From: a virus
DNA: 64,000 nt
IMG/VR virus record: IMGVR_UViG_3300013901_000001
Strand: one strand, 5' to 3'
The position numbers were made by a program, and so were the translations under genes. Each line of letters opens with the position of its first letter. Positions within the stretch are counted from its first letter, which is position 1. Below are positions 34,748-44,852 of the stretch, piece after piece. The notes below the pieces were generated by a model. That model searched no databases. It was not told the DNA's origin and was given only the letters and a program-made list of their open reading frames with translations.

Positions 34748-35092
34748 ATGAGAGGGATATTTAGATTAAAAAAGTGCAGAAAATGCCCAATGCACACAAT
34801 TTATAAAAATGTAAAAGGAATACCGGAAGATTATTGCGTTCCAGTTCCATGGTTTTTCTTTAGTATTCCGTGTGTGAAAAGGTCAATAAAGGAATGCGAG
34901 GAAGTTAGAGATGATTATGAGGAGCATAAAAGGGGTATGACGAAATTTACAGAAAGAGAGATGAAATTGAAAATCGAAGAATGCGCCGAACAGATAGCTG
35001 AGTCTTTGTGCAAAGGTAAGGATATTGAGATTCGCAAGTCCACAAATGGAATCAGCGTTGCGGAAATAAGCAAGAAAGTTGTGAGACGATGA
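34748..35092 (+). CDS. hypothetical protein
   Basis: Starts directly after the upstream stop. Confidence 0.45.
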   Translation: MRGIFRLKKCRKCPMHTIYKNVKGIPEDYCVPVPWFFFSIPCVKRSIKECEEVRDDYEEHKRGMTKFTEREMKLKIEECAEQIAESLCKGKDIEIRKSTNGISVAEISKKVVRR

Positions 35093-35265
35093 AAAAGAAA
35101 ATGGAACGGATTATTGACTTTTTGGATTCTTTTTTCTATTATCCAAAGATGAAGAGATATTTTATCAATAAGGGGTTGTTTAGCTACAATCCTTGGCAAG
35201 ATGAAAAATTTGCCAGAATAAAATATGCGTGGTGGCATTGTCATCACGGAAGATTGAGAGATTAA
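35089..35265 (+). CDS. small hypothetical protein (58 aa)
   Basis: ATGA overlap with the upstream gene; below the ORF-track cutoff. Confidence 0.35.
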   Translation: MKKKMERIIDFLDSFFYYPKMKRYFINKGLFSYNPWQDEKFARIKYAWWHCHHGRLRD

Positions 35266-35348
35266 ATCTAACGGCACAACAGATATGGTTGTTGTGCAAC
35301 AAGTCAAAATGGAGACTTCTTTTATTTTGCAAAGGAGGTCTCTTTTTT

Positions 35349-37124
35349 ATGTCTGTTGAACTCCAACAAACAGTTCAAGGGTATGAAAATTACATAAAAC
35401 AAAACGGAATTGATGCACAAGCAATAGACGCATACGTTGAAGCGTGCAATTTTGCCATAAGAAAAGAAAAAGATATTTCATACGGATTGAAATTGACTAA
35501 TCATGCTAAAAAGTTGATAGAAAATTATTGTGTTTCAAAAACCGGAGTTTCAATTTGGAAACTTGAAAAATATGCACAAGAAAATAAATCTGAATACGGA
35601 TTGATAGATCAATATTATGAACTGCTAAAACTGGAAAGCTTCTGGAAACTTGAAAGCTATATATTTTTTATGGAGCGTAAAAGACCTTGCGGAAAAAGGT
35701 TTTATTACCCAAGAAAGAAAACCTTAAAAAAGGTTTTGGACGATCTGGAAGATCTTGAAAACAGAGTTATCTCTTTTTATGGTTTATCATTGCCGTCAAG
35801 AACCGGAAAATCAACTTTATGTATCTTTTTTCTTTCGTGGATAGCATTAAAAAGACCTAACAGCCATTCCGCTATGGGAGGTCATTCCGGAATACTTGCA
35901 AAAGGATTCTATAAAGAATTAATGAATCTTTTTACGACAAACGAATATTGTTTTGCAGAATTATATTACTTCTGGCATCCGGAATATGAAAACACTATTA
36001 TACCAACAGATAAAAGCGCAGATGAATATACAATTACTTTAGGTGATCCGGATAGATTTGCAACGATTACTTGCAGAGGTATTGACGGAACATGGACGGG
36101 AGCTGTTGATGTATCAGGGGACGGATATTTGTACGTAGACGATTTAGTAAGAGACAGAGAGCATTCATTAAGTCCGTCACGTATGGAAAATACATATCAA
36201 GAGTACTTGAACAAAATGGTTGACCGAAAAAATGACGGTTCCCGTGAATTAATGGTTGGTACTTTGTGGAATGTGCTTGATCCTCTTGAAAGATTAAGAA
36301 AACAGTATGACGGAAACCCAAAATACAGATTCAGAAAGATTCCGGCGCTTGATGATAATGATGAGAGCAATTTTGACTATGAAATAAATGGATTTTCAAC
36401 AGAATACTACCGCGATATGAGAGAGAAACTTGATAAAGCAGAATGGGAAGCAAAATTTATGCAACGTCCTTTTGTACGAGAAGGACTGCTGTTTCCTACT
36501 GATGAATTAAGATATTTTAACGGAATTTTACCAGAGGGAGATTTTAGAAGAATTGGTGTTACTGATATTGCGTGGGGAGGTGGAGATAGCCTGTCGATGC
36601 CTATCGGAGCGGAATATGAAAACGGAGACGTATATATTTATGACTGGGTATTTAATTCCGGGCCAAAAGAAGTAACAATTCCTCTTGTCGTCGGAAGAAT
36701 CATGGGAAATGAGATACGACAAACAAGATTTGAGGGAAACGTTGGTGGAGATCTTTATTGCCAGTACGTAGATGAAAAACTGCAAGAACAAAATTACAAA
36801 TGCTCTTGTACAAGCAAAAAAGCGTCAAATAAAATCGAAAAATTATCCAAAATCATCGCATATTCTGGAGATATAAAGCGAAAGTTTATATTTCTTGAAA
36901 GCAAAAAGCCTACACAAGAAGAACTTGAACACGATGCAGAAATGGGAATTGTACGATACAGACGTACAGATGAGTACCAAAAAGCAATGGACGAATTGAC
37001 AATGTTTGTAAGTATTGGAGGAAATGAACATGACGATGCGGCGGACGGACTTACACAGCTTGAAATGTTCATTGAAAATCCGGCATCGGTAAAAGTAGCA
37101 AAAATTATTCAGAGTCCAATTTAA
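35349..37124 (+). CDS. terL: terminase large subunit
   Basis: AAAGGAGG then ATG 35349; Walker A SRTGKST, LYVDDLV Walker B-like, nuclease-type C-terminal half; followed by the portal gene. Confidence 0.85.
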   Translation: MSVELQQTVQGYENYIKQNGIDAQAIDAYVEACNFAIRKEKDISYGLKLTNHAKKLIENYCVSKTGVSIWKLEKYAQENKSEYGLIDQYYELLKLESFWKLESYIFFMERKRPCGKRFYYPRKKTLKKVLDDLEDLENRVISFYGLSLPSRTGKSTLCIFFLSWIALKRPNSHSAMGGHSGILAKGFYKELMNLFTTNEYCFAELYYFWHPEYENTIIPTDKSADEYTITLGDPDRFATITCRGIDGTWTGAVDVSGDGYLYVDDLVRDREHSLSPSRMENTYQEYLNKMVDRKNDGSRELMVGTLWNVLDPLERLRKQYDGNPKYRFRKIPALDDNDESNFDYEINGFSTEYYRDMREKLDKAEWEAKFMQRPFVREGLLFPTDELRYFNGILPEGDFRRIGVTDIAWGGGDSLSMPIGAEYENGDVYIYDWVFNSGPKEVTIPLVVGRIMGNEIRQTRFEGNVGGDLYCQYVDEKLQEQNYKCSCTSKKASNKIEKLSKIIAYSGDIKRKFIFLESKKPTQEELEHDAEMGIVRYRRTDEYQKAMDELTMFVSIGGNEHDDAADGLTQLEMFIENPASVKVAKIIQSPI

Positions 37125-37138
37125 ATGGGAGGCATTTT

Positions 37139-37549
37139 ATGACAACACAGGAATACTTAAGTCAGGTAGAAAGATATAACCGCATGATTAAAAACAAACT
37201 GGAAGATATTGGAAAACTTCGGGCAATGGCTACGTCCATTACTTTAAGTCCAAAAGATGTTGATGTTCAGAAAACAACAGAAAAAGATAAAATCGGATCC
37301 GTTGTTGTAAAAATTATCGACATGGAAAAAGAAGTTGACGCCCTGATTGACAAAAGATGCCGAATTATTAATCAGATTGAAAGCGTGACGGATCAGAATA
37401 TGTATGAGGTTCTTGCGCAGAGATACATAAAAAACATTCAGCCTAAGTCAATTTGTATTGAAAAAATTGGTTCGGAGAGACACATTCGCCGGATTTTAAG
37501 ATCAGCAGAGACGGAATTTGAGCGTATGTATGGAGCGGAATATATGTAA
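37139..37549 (+). CDS. possible sigma-like / ArpU-type late regulator
   Basis: 136 aa, C-terminal HTH-like IGSERHIRRILRSAETEF; weak call. Confidence 0.3.
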   Translation: MTTQEYLSQVERYNRMIKNKLEDIGKLRAMATSITLSPKDVDVQKTTEKDKIGSVVVKIIDMEKEVDALIDKRCRIINQIESVTDQNMYEVLAQRYIKNIQPKSICIEKIGSERHIRRILRSAETEFERMYGAEYM

Positions 37550-37669
37550 TGTCCGCAGATGTCCGCATTTGTCATTATATGTCAGTTGAAATACGAAAAA
37601 CCGTATTTTATAATTAAAATCGAAATAGTACCGATAGAAGTATTCCTCATTTGTATCACCCCAATGTGA

Positions 37670-37699
37670 AAGCACCGTCTTTATGGATGGTGCTTTTTG
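37670..37699 (+). terminator. intrinsic terminator between terL and the portal gene
   Basis: AAGCACC-12 nt-GGTGCTT then TTTTGC. Confidence 0.6.
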
Positions 37700-37719
37700 C
37701 ATGTTGAAAAGAGGTTTTT

Positions 37720-37917
37720 ATGAAATACAAACCAAAAACCATATACTGTCCACAATGCAACCGCAAGGTAGGAACACATGATGGACGATCAACAAACAAT
37801 CTTATTTGCAGATGTAAGAAGTGTAAAAAGAGAGTTATTTATTATCCAGCAACTATGGAAACGGAAGTAAAGCCACTTCCGAAAAGAACCACAAGCAGCG
37901 GAATGACATTTATCTAG
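37720..37917 (+). CDS. Com-like zinc-ribbon protein
   Basis: CPQCNRK...CRCKKCKKR four-Cys ribbon in 65 aa. Confidence 0.45.
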   Translation: MKYKPKTIYCPQCNRKVGTHDGRSTNNLICRCKKCKKRVIYYPATMETEVKPLPKRTTSSGMTFI

Positions 37918-37925
37918 GAGTAATT

Positions 37926-39461
37926 ATGCAGACAGGAAGAACCGTTTTATACACTGATGTGCCAGAAATTACATACGATAACGTTATTGAAGTCTTAAGA
38001 AAAGCAATGTCGGGGCATACAGTCAATTCTGCAAGAATAAAGTTTTTGCTTGAATATGATGCCGGATATCAGCCGATTTTAAGAAAGAAAATAGTACGTC
38101 CTGAAATTGATTGTCAATGCGTAGATAACGTGGCAAATGAAATAACAGAATTTTGGTGTGGTTTTTGTGGAGGAAATCCGATTACCTTAGTCCAGAATGG
38201 AGATAGCACTAATCCTAGAATTGCAGAAGGAATCAAGGCATTAAATAAAGAATACGATTTAGCAAAGATAAAAACCAAAACGCAAGAAACATTTCGATAT
38301 ATGTTTGTTTGCGGAATTGGCTATGTACTGATTGACGTAAATACGGAATGGAAAAAAGGAAAAAGCCATTTTACTTACGATGTTCTTGATCCTAGAACAG
38401 CATTCGTTGTTAAGTCAAGTTATTATCCGGATCACAGGGTAATGCTTGGAGTTACTTATAGACATGATGATTCATCCGGAAATACATACTTTACTTGCTA
38501 TAGCAAAGATGAGCGATATGAAATCAAGAATCAAGTAGAGCATATGGAAAGAAGCGGAGAAATCAATTTATTAGGAACCATTCCAATTATTGAATATTTC
38601 AGATCCTATGATCGTATGGGAGTATGGGAAAGACAGATTCCGGAAATGGATAACTTGAATTTAATGATATCTGATTTTTCCAATGATGTAGACCAGAACA
38701 CACAGGCTATTTTTCATTCAAACGATATAGAATTTCCTAAAGTTACTGTAGAAAATGAAGATGGAACAGTTACAGAAGAAGTTAAAAAGCCCAAAAACGG
38801 TGACTGGCTACAAACTTTTACTACGTCAGAAGGAAAAACACCAATTATTGAACCAATATCAATAGATTATGATTATTCTGGAATGCTGAATAACATACAA
38901 GTAAGAAGGCAAATGATATTGGAAAAATGCAACGTTCCACAAAGAAATGATAATTCCGGTGGAAGTACGGGAGTTGCCATGAGTGACGCTACCGGGTGGA
39001 GTCATGCGGAAATGGCAGCTTCAAAGCAGCAGATGATTATTGATTCCTGCAAAATGGAAGAAGTAGAAGTTGTTCTCGCAGCTATTAATATTTCTCAAGA
39101 AGTGGAACAGGAGAATCCACTTAGGGAACTTAGCTTGGAAGATATAGAGCCAAACATTAAACGGCAAAAAACATATGAAATGTCTACAAAAGTTAATTCT
39201 ATGGCAACTTTGTTAAGCCATGGATTTAGCCTTGAAGATGCTGTCAATTCAATTCCTTTCTTTGATGATCCAAATGAGGTTTGCTTGAGAAGCGGAGAAG
39301 GAATAAAGAAATATCAAGATAGCATATTTAATAAAACTTCACAGAATCAAGCGCAAGGTGGAGATGGAGAACAAAAACCAAACTCTGACAGGACAATGCA
39401 GGATCTTTCCGATCAGGTTTCCAATAGTCCGGTAATTGATAAGAGCCGAACAGATAAGTAG
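37926..39461 (+). CDS. portal protein
   Basis: 511 aa, immediately after the terminase region and before the head-morphogenesis gene. Confidence 0.8.
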   Translation: MQTGRTVLYTDVPEITYDNVIEVLRKAMSGHTVNSARIKFLLEYDAGYQPILRKKIVRPEIDCQCVDNVANEITEFWCGFCGGNPITLVQNGDSTNPRIAEGIKALNKEYDLAKIKTKTQETFRYMFVCGIGYVLIDVNTEWKKGKSHFTYDVLDPRTAFVVKSSYYPDHRVMLGVTYRHDDSSGNTYFTCYSKDERYEIKNQVEHMERSGEINLLGTIPIIEYFRSYDRMGVWERQIPEMDNLNLMISDFSNDVDQNTQAIFHSNDIEFPKVTVENEDGTVTEEVKKPKNGDWLQTFTTSEGKTPIIEPISIDYDYSGMLNNIQVRRQMILEKCNVPQRNDNSGGSTGVAMSDATGWSHAEMAASKQQMIIDSCKMEEVEVVLAAINISQEVEQENPLRELSLEDIEPNIKRQKTYEMSTKVNSMATLLSHGFSLEDAVNSIPFFDDPNEVCLRSGEGIKKYQDSIFNKTSQNQAQGGDGEQKPNSDRTMQDLSDQVSNSPVIDKSRTDK

Positions 39462-39468
39462 GTGACCT

Positions 39469-40065
39469 ATGGACAAATTAAATGCATTGTCGTTTGATCG
39501 GTATTTTGGAGAAATGGAACTATCCGAAAGCCAAAAGAAAATGAGAATTGAAGAAGCAGACCAGTTTGAAGAAATGATGTTTTTTATCTTTGAACTGGTT
39601 TCTATTATGTCAGATTACCAGTACATAAACAAGGGATATCTGGAACAAGAACTGAAACAGCGTTATTTAAATATAGCTGAAAAGTATTCCGGCATTGATG
39701 ATTATGTAGAGGATTATGCACGTGAATTTGCTTCTTTAACCATTCAGGTTACATTAGAAAACCTGTCCGATGATTATTATACGTCAGAAGAGAGAGCAAC
39801 GCTGATAGCGGAAAATGAAGCCAATAGCAATATAAATTATTTTGACATGAAACAGGCTATTGAAGAAAGAAAAACAAAAAAGCGTTGGAAAACACAACGG
39901 GATAAGAAAGTAAGGGAAACACATAGACGGATTGACGGACAAGAAATTGACATTGAAGACGCTTTTCTTGTAGGTGACAGTTTAATGAGGTTTCCAAAAG
40001 ACATTTATTACGGTGCAAGACTTGAAGAGATAGCCGGATGTAGATGTGTAGTTGAATATTTATGA
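39469..40065 (+). CDS. head morphogenesis protein (SPP1 gp7 / Mu F-like)
   Basis: WKTQRDKKVRETHRRIDGQ...CRC motif region. Confidence 0.7.
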   Translation: MDKLNALSFDRYFGEMELSESQKKMRIEEADQFEEMMFFIFELVSIMSDYQYINKGYLEQELKQRYLNIAEKYSGIDDYVEDYAREFASLTIQVTLENLSDDYYTSEERATLIAENEANSNINYFDMKQAIEERKTKKRWKTQRDKKVRETHRRIDGQEIDIEDAFLVGDSLMRFPKDIYYGARLEEIAGCRCVVEYL

Positions 40066-40191
40066 TATCAAGCCATTAGGAATTTTTCTAGTGGCTTTTT
40101 ATATGCCCCAGAGAAGGGGTTTTTAAATTTCGCAAACGTCAGAGAAAGACGGAATAACGAGCAAAATTATTGAAAGAACGAGGTAAAAAAC

Positions 40192-40797
40192 ATGGAAGCA
40201 ACAGAAACCAAAACACAGTTACCAGATCAGCAGGTAAAGACGGATGTAAAACAGGTTCCGGAAGATTCTTCAAAAGAAAAGAATCAGGAAACTCCTAAAG
40301 CACCAAGCGTAGAGGAACTTATGGCACAGCTTGCCGCACAGAAAGCAGAAACTGAAAAATACAAAAATCAGTACAACAAAGCCAGTTCCGAAGCAGCAGA
40401 ATCCAAGAAGCAGTTAAGGTCTAAGCAGACAGCAGAGGAAATTGAAGCGGCTGCAAAAGCCGAAGCGGAGAGAATCAAGGACGAAAAACTTGAAGCCATG
40501 AGCAAAGAACTTAATCACATTAAGGCTGTTGCTGCTTATAAGAATGTTTCTGAAAAATCAATTGAAACCTTAATTGAAGCGGTTTCTGAAAACGACCATG
40601 CAGCAATCGCAACCATTATTGAAAACGAAGTGAAAGCTGGAATCACGAACGCACAGGCAGAATGGATGAAGAGCAGACCGAGAGTAAATGCCGGGAACAC
40701 TGCTTATTCCGGAATGACTGCGGATCAGATCATGGCTATCGAGGATAGAAGCGAAAGAAGAAAAGCAATCGCTTTAAATCCGGAATTATTCACCTAA
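40192..40797 (+). CDS. scaffolding protein
   Basis: Highly charged A/E/K-rich coiled coil directly before the capsid gene. Confidence 0.7.
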   Translation: MEATETKTQLPDQQVKTDVKQVPEDSSKEKNQETPKAPSVEELMAQLAAQKAETEKYKNQYNKASSEAAESKKQLRSKQTAEEIEAAAKAEAERIKDEKLEAMSKELNHIKAVAAYKNVSEKSIETLIEAVSENDHAAIATIIENEVKAGITNAQAEWMKSRPRVNAGNTAYSGMTADQIMAIEDRSERRKAIALNPELFT

Positions 40798-40813
40798 AAC
40801 AGGAGGTTAGGAA

Positions 40814-41959
40814 ATGGCAGCAGAAGAGAATTTAATTAAGAAAGAAGACCTTGCGAGAGCAAGAGAGATTGAATTTGTAAACCTTTTTGGATATTCCATT
40901 AAAAAGTTAATGGAAGCATTAGGGGTTACTAGAAAGATTCCGAAGGAAGCCGGGACTGTACTTAAGTCTTACAAGGCTACCGGAACATTGCAGGACGGAA
41001 ACGTTGCAGAAGGTGAGATTATTCCACTTTCCAAGTATAAGACCGAACCTGTCAACTATGATGAAATTACATTGAAGAAGTGGAGAAAAGCCACTTCCGC
41101 AGAAGCAATTATTGAGAGAGGTTACGATCAGGCAGTCCAGATGACAATGGATAAAATGCTTCAAGATGTGCAGAAGGGAATCAGAAAGAATTTCTTTGAT
41201 TTTCTTTCTACTGGAACCGGATCTTGTTCAGGAAAAACATTCCAGGCAGCTTTAGCACAGGCTTGGGGACAGTTGCAGGTTTTGTTTGAGGATGATGAAA
41301 TCGGAGCGGTTTATTTTATGAATCCGCTTGATGTAGCTGATTATCTTGCAACAGCGCAGATCACCATTCAGACTGCTTTTGGTATGACTTACGTTGAAAA
41401 CTTCCTGAATCTCGGAACCGTTATTTTTAACGCTTCCGTACCAAAGGGAACTATCTACGCAACGGCAAAGGATAATATTGTCCTTTACTACATTCCTACC
41501 AACGGAGCAGATCTTGATGAGGTATTCTCCTTTACCAGTGACCCGACCGGATATATCGGAGTGCATGAAAGTCCGGATTACGACAACATGACCGCAAAAG
41601 ACACCGTAATTTCCGGTATTGTTTTGTTTGCAGAAAGAATTGACGGTATCGTTGTTTCTACAATTACCGGTGACAACACCCTTGGAACACTTACTGTAAA
41701 CAGTGTTGCAGGAACAGCGGTTGGAGATACAAAAGTAACCGTAAGTCCGTCTCTTACAAGTGGAAATTCCTATAAGTACAAGGTTGCAGACACAGAGCAG
41801 GAAGTGACCTATGGAAAGAGCGTACAGGTATGGAGTGCTTGGAACGGAACCTCTGATATCACCGCAGAATCCGGAAAGGTAATTACGGTCGTTGAGTGCG
41901 ACAGTGCTTACAAGGCAGTAAAAGCCGGTCACGCAACAGTAACATCTAAGCAGTCTTAA
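40814..41959 (+). CDS. major capsid protein with C-terminal Ig-like extension
   Basis: 381 aa after the scaffold gene; C-terminal LTVNSVAGTAVGDTKVTVSP... beta-rich domain. Confidence 0.75.
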   Translation: MAAEENLIKKEDLARAREIEFVNLFGYSIKKLMEALGVTRKIPKEAGTVLKSYKATGTLQDGNVAEGEIIPLSKYKTEPVNYDEITLKKWRKATSAEAIIERGYDQAVQMTMDKMLQDVQKGIRKNFFDFLSTGTGSCSGKTFQAALAQAWGQLQVLFEDDEIGAVYFMNPLDVADYLATAQITIQTAFGMTYVENFLNLGTVIFNASVPKGTIYATAKDNIVLYYIPTNGADLDEVFSFTSDPTGYIGVHESPDYDNMTAKDTVISGIVLFAERIDGIVVSTITGDNTLGTLTVNSVAGTAVGDTKVTVSPSLTSGNSYKYKVADTEQEVTYGKSVQVWSAWNGTSDITAESGKVITVVECDSAYKAVKAGHATVTSKQS

Positions 41960-41969
41960 GGAGTAGATT

Positions 41970-42347
41970 ATGTCAGCATACACAGTATTGGAACAGGTAA
42001 AGATCCGTTTAAAACAATTTCATATGGAAACGGTTGAAAGCGATGGCTTTACTTCCAGTACTGTGATGTTTGACCGTAAGGAAGATAATCCACTTTTGGA
42101 GCAGTTAATCAATCAAGCTACGGAAGATATCAAGAACAAAAGAAGATATCCAAGCGATTATACAAAAGAAGAAATCGAGGAAGACCTTAAGCGGTATGAA
42201 TCCGTTCTTATCAATGTTGTCGTTTATGACCGTATGAAGTTGGGGGGAGATTTCCAACAGTCAGACAGTGAGAATGGGAAATCGAGAACATGGGTTGACC
42301 GAAATACGTTATTCAAAGAGATATATCCGATAGCTAGGATTGTTTAG
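41970..42347 (+). CDS. head-tail connector (gp6-like)
   Basis: Size and position after the capsid gene. Confidence 0.55.
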   Translation: MSAYTVLEQVKIRLKQFHMETVESDGFTSSTVMFDRKEDNPLLEQLINQATEDIKNKRRYPSDYTKEEIEEDLKRYESVLINVVVYDRMKLGGDFQQSDSENGKSRTWVDRNTLFKEIYPIARIV

Positions 42348-42453
42348 AAGATTGAGCGTTATGTTTTGCTGAAAACGGCAGAATGTAGCAGGGCGCATAC
42401 TTTTAAGTGGCGGTGGGCAGTATGCAAAATAAACGAGAAAGGCGGTATATGAT

Positions 42454-42768
42454 GTGACTATAGAAATTTCTACGGCAATCATTATCAGCGTTTTATCGCT
42501 TGGTTTTTCTGTATTTATGGGTTTGAAGAACAGCAAGAGAACAGATACAAAAGACATTGAAGAGAGAGTAAAGGAAAATACTCGTATCAACATGAAACTT
42601 GACGGAATCACCAGTAATACGGCAGAAATCAAAGCTGAACTTTCTGAAATGAGAAAAGAGATTAATTCTCACGATTCAAGACTTGTAAAGATTGAAGAAA
42701 GCGTTAAGTCGGCGCATCACCGGATTGACGGAATTGAAAAAGCGGTTCGGTGTGAAAAAGAGGAATAG
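42454..42768 (+). CDS. N-terminal TM plus coiled-coil protein
   Basis: GTG start; IIISVLSLGFSVFMGL helix followed by heptad-rich sequence. Confidence 0.45.
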   Translation: MTIEISTAIIISVLSLGFSVFMGLKNSKRTDTKDIEERVKENTRINMKLDGITSNTAEIKAELSEMRKEINSHDSRLVKIEESVKSAHHRIDGIEKAVRCEKEE

Positions 42769-42770
42769 CG

Positions 42771-43202
42771 ATGCTTGATATTAATAAGCAGAAAATGTTT
42801 TATTCGCTGATTGGCGGTAAAGTACCAGTTTACGAACTGGGTAAAGACGGAAAAGTTAAGACGGTTATTGTTGACGGTAAAGAAGTTCCGAAGACAACAG
42901 GAGAGTATCGGACAGGTTATGGAAAGCCTATCTGTTTTTATGCCAATATCAGCAATAAATTAGATGAAGCACTTGCTAAGTCTTTTGGTATTGATGATTC
43001 AACCAACTATGTGCAGATTTGCGCAGAAAAGAATGAACTGCCGTTGACCGTAGGAAGCGTAATTTGGAAAAGATCTGTAGTAGCATATGAAGATGCCGAC
43101 CAAACGATTGTAGACGCTCTATCAGCCGATTACACGGTTAAGGGCGTAGCTGATGAAGGACTTACCGTTGATTTGTTCTTATTACAGAGAAATGTAAAGT
43201 AG
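42771..43202 (+). CDS. head-tail joining protein (putative)
   Basis: Position in the connector cluster. Confidence 0.45.
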   Translation: MLDINKQKMFYSLIGGKVPVYELGKDGKVKTVIVDGKEVPKTTGEYRTGYGKPICFYANISNKLDEALAKSFGIDDSTNYVQICAEKNELPLTVGSVIWKRSVVAYEDADQTIVDALSADYTVKGVADEGLTVDLFLLQRNVK

Positions 43203-43210
43203 GTAACCGT

Positions 43211-43759
43211 ATGTCAAAGACAATCAACGTAAACATTTTATCGCAAAAATCCATACAGAACGCCATTAAAGAAATCCGTGATTATCAGAATGACTTCCAC
43301 AGAAAATTGGAAGTTTTTGTTTCGCGACTTGCAGATGCCGGAATTGAAGTGGCACAGAACAACGTTGGCGGTTTTGGAAGATACATTGTCTTTTCAAAAG
43401 AAGTTGACCCAAAAGAAACAGGGTGCACGGTTATTATTCATGCGAAAGAAACCGGAAAGATTATTAGCAGTTGGCAGACAAAAGACGGAGTTAAAAGTGC
43501 AGAAGTATCACCATTGCTTATGGCAGAGTTCGGATCCGGTTTCGGTGCTGAAAATCCCCAAAACATTCCGGGAGTAGGACAAGGAACATTCCCGGAACAG
43601 AAACATGCTTTTGATAAAGAAGGTTGGTATTGGAAAGATTTAGACGGAAATCTGCATCATTCCAGAGGAATAGAAGCCAGAATGCCAATGTACAAGGCAA
43701 GCCTTGAAATCATTGAGCAGTGCGGAAGAATTGCAAAGGAGGTGTTTTCCAATGGTTAG
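43211..43759 (+). CDS. head-tail joining / tail completion protein (putative)
   Basis: Position in the connector cluster. Confidence 0.45.
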   Translation: MSKTINVNILSQKSIQNAIKEIRDYQNDFHRKLEVFVSRLADAGIEVAQNNVGGFGRYIVFSKEVDPKETGCTVIIHAKETGKIISSWQTKDGVKSAEVSPLLMAEFGSGFGAENPQNIPGVGQGTFPEQKHAFDKEGWYWKDLDGNLHHSRGIEARMPMYKASLEIIEQCGRIAKEVFSNG

Positions 43760-44180
43760 GGAAGATAACTGGGCGTTTGAAATCGAATCGGAAATCTTTA
43801 CAACCGTAAAAGCGAAAGCAATGCCGATTTTGCAAGAACAATTTCCGGACACAGATTTTTCAGAATCTTTTACGAATGTTAAGGGAAGCCTTGATAAAGC
43901 TGTTTTTCCAACAATTTACATTCACGAATTGCCAGGAGTGCAAAAGGGGCAAGCACTTGATGTAGTTGGAATTGATGCAGTCCTTGAAAGTTTTCAAGTC
44001 GATGTTATCACAAATACAAGTCAAGGAGATACAAAAAAGATTCTCGGAATTATCTTGAACGTTTTTAGTATGCTTCGGTTTTCCGTAACGGCAATGCCGG
44101 AGTTTAACAATGAAAGTGAAAAGAAATTCCGATGTACGGGAAGAGTACGGCGTCTGATTGGCGCAAGCGATTCTTTATAA
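43752..44180 (+). CDS. tail completion protein (putative)
   Basis: AAAGGAGG then ATG 43752. Confidence 0.45.
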   Translation: MVREDNWAFEIESEIFTTVKAKAMPILQEQFPDTDFSESFTNVKGSLDKAVFPTIYIHELPGVQKGQALDVVGIDAVLESFQVDVITNTSQGDTKKILGIILNVFSMLRFSVTAMPEFNNESEKKFRCTGRVRRLIGASDSL

Positions 44181-44192
44181 AAACAGTAACAA

Positions 44193-44217
44193 AGAGCCGA
44201 TAGGCTCTATTTTTTTA
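44193..44217 (+). terminator. hairpin plus T-run before the major tail gene
   Basis: AGAGCC-GATA-GGCTCT then ATTTTTTTA. Confidence 0.6.
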
Positions 44218-44240
44218 TGCAAATTTAAGGAGGTATAGAT

Positions 44241-44714
44241 ATGGCAGTAGCTGGTTTAGCGTCACTCGGCATTAGACTGGGTTATGCAGTAGAATCAACA
44301 AAAGATACGAAGCCGACCGCGTTTACTGGTCTTACCAGAATTAATACGATCGGTGGAATTACCATTGATCCGGAGACAATTGATGCGTCTGCATTGGAAG
44401 ATCTGATTACACGTAACATTAAGGGACGCGCGGACACAGGCGGTTCATGGCCGGTAACCGTAAATATCACAGATGATACGATTACAGAATGGACTACACT
44501 GATTGCGGCTTACAAGGCATTGACTGGCGGAAAACGTATGTGGTTTGAGGTTTACCACCCGGATCTTGAAAAAGCGTTTTTTGTTATTGCACAGCCACCG
44601 GAACACATCCCGATGCCTGAAAGTTCTCAAAATGCTCTTTGGACGGTTGACATGAACCTTGTCATTGAAGAGTATAAGGGACTTGATACAAAGGTAGAAG
44701 TATCGGGGGAATAA
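44241..44714 (+). CDS. major tail protein
   Basis: 157 aa, AGGAGG upstream, directly precedes the chaperone pair and tape measure gene. Confidence 0.65.
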   Translation: MAVAGLASLGIRLGYAVESTKDTKPTAFTGLTRINTIGGITIDPETIDASALEDLITRNIKGRADTGGSWPVTVNITDDTITEWTTLIAAYKALTGGKRMWFEVYHPDLEKAFFVIAQPPEHIPMPESSQNALWTVDMNLVIEEYKGLDTKVEVSGE

Positions 44715-44852
44715 GTAGTCAATCACGCTCCAAGAAAAGCAAAGCCGTTGTGATTGACGAAGAAGAAACGGCAGACACTTATTGACAGAGTTTAGGGCGG
44801 TCTCCGGACTGCCCTTTTCCCTATAACTAGGGAGGGAAAAGCGAGGTAGAAT

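Noticed and set aside
35229-35348. Upstream start (35229) for the large terminase
   Set aside because: The extension overlaps the small upstream ORF and has no RBS. ATG 35349 follows AAAGGAGG.
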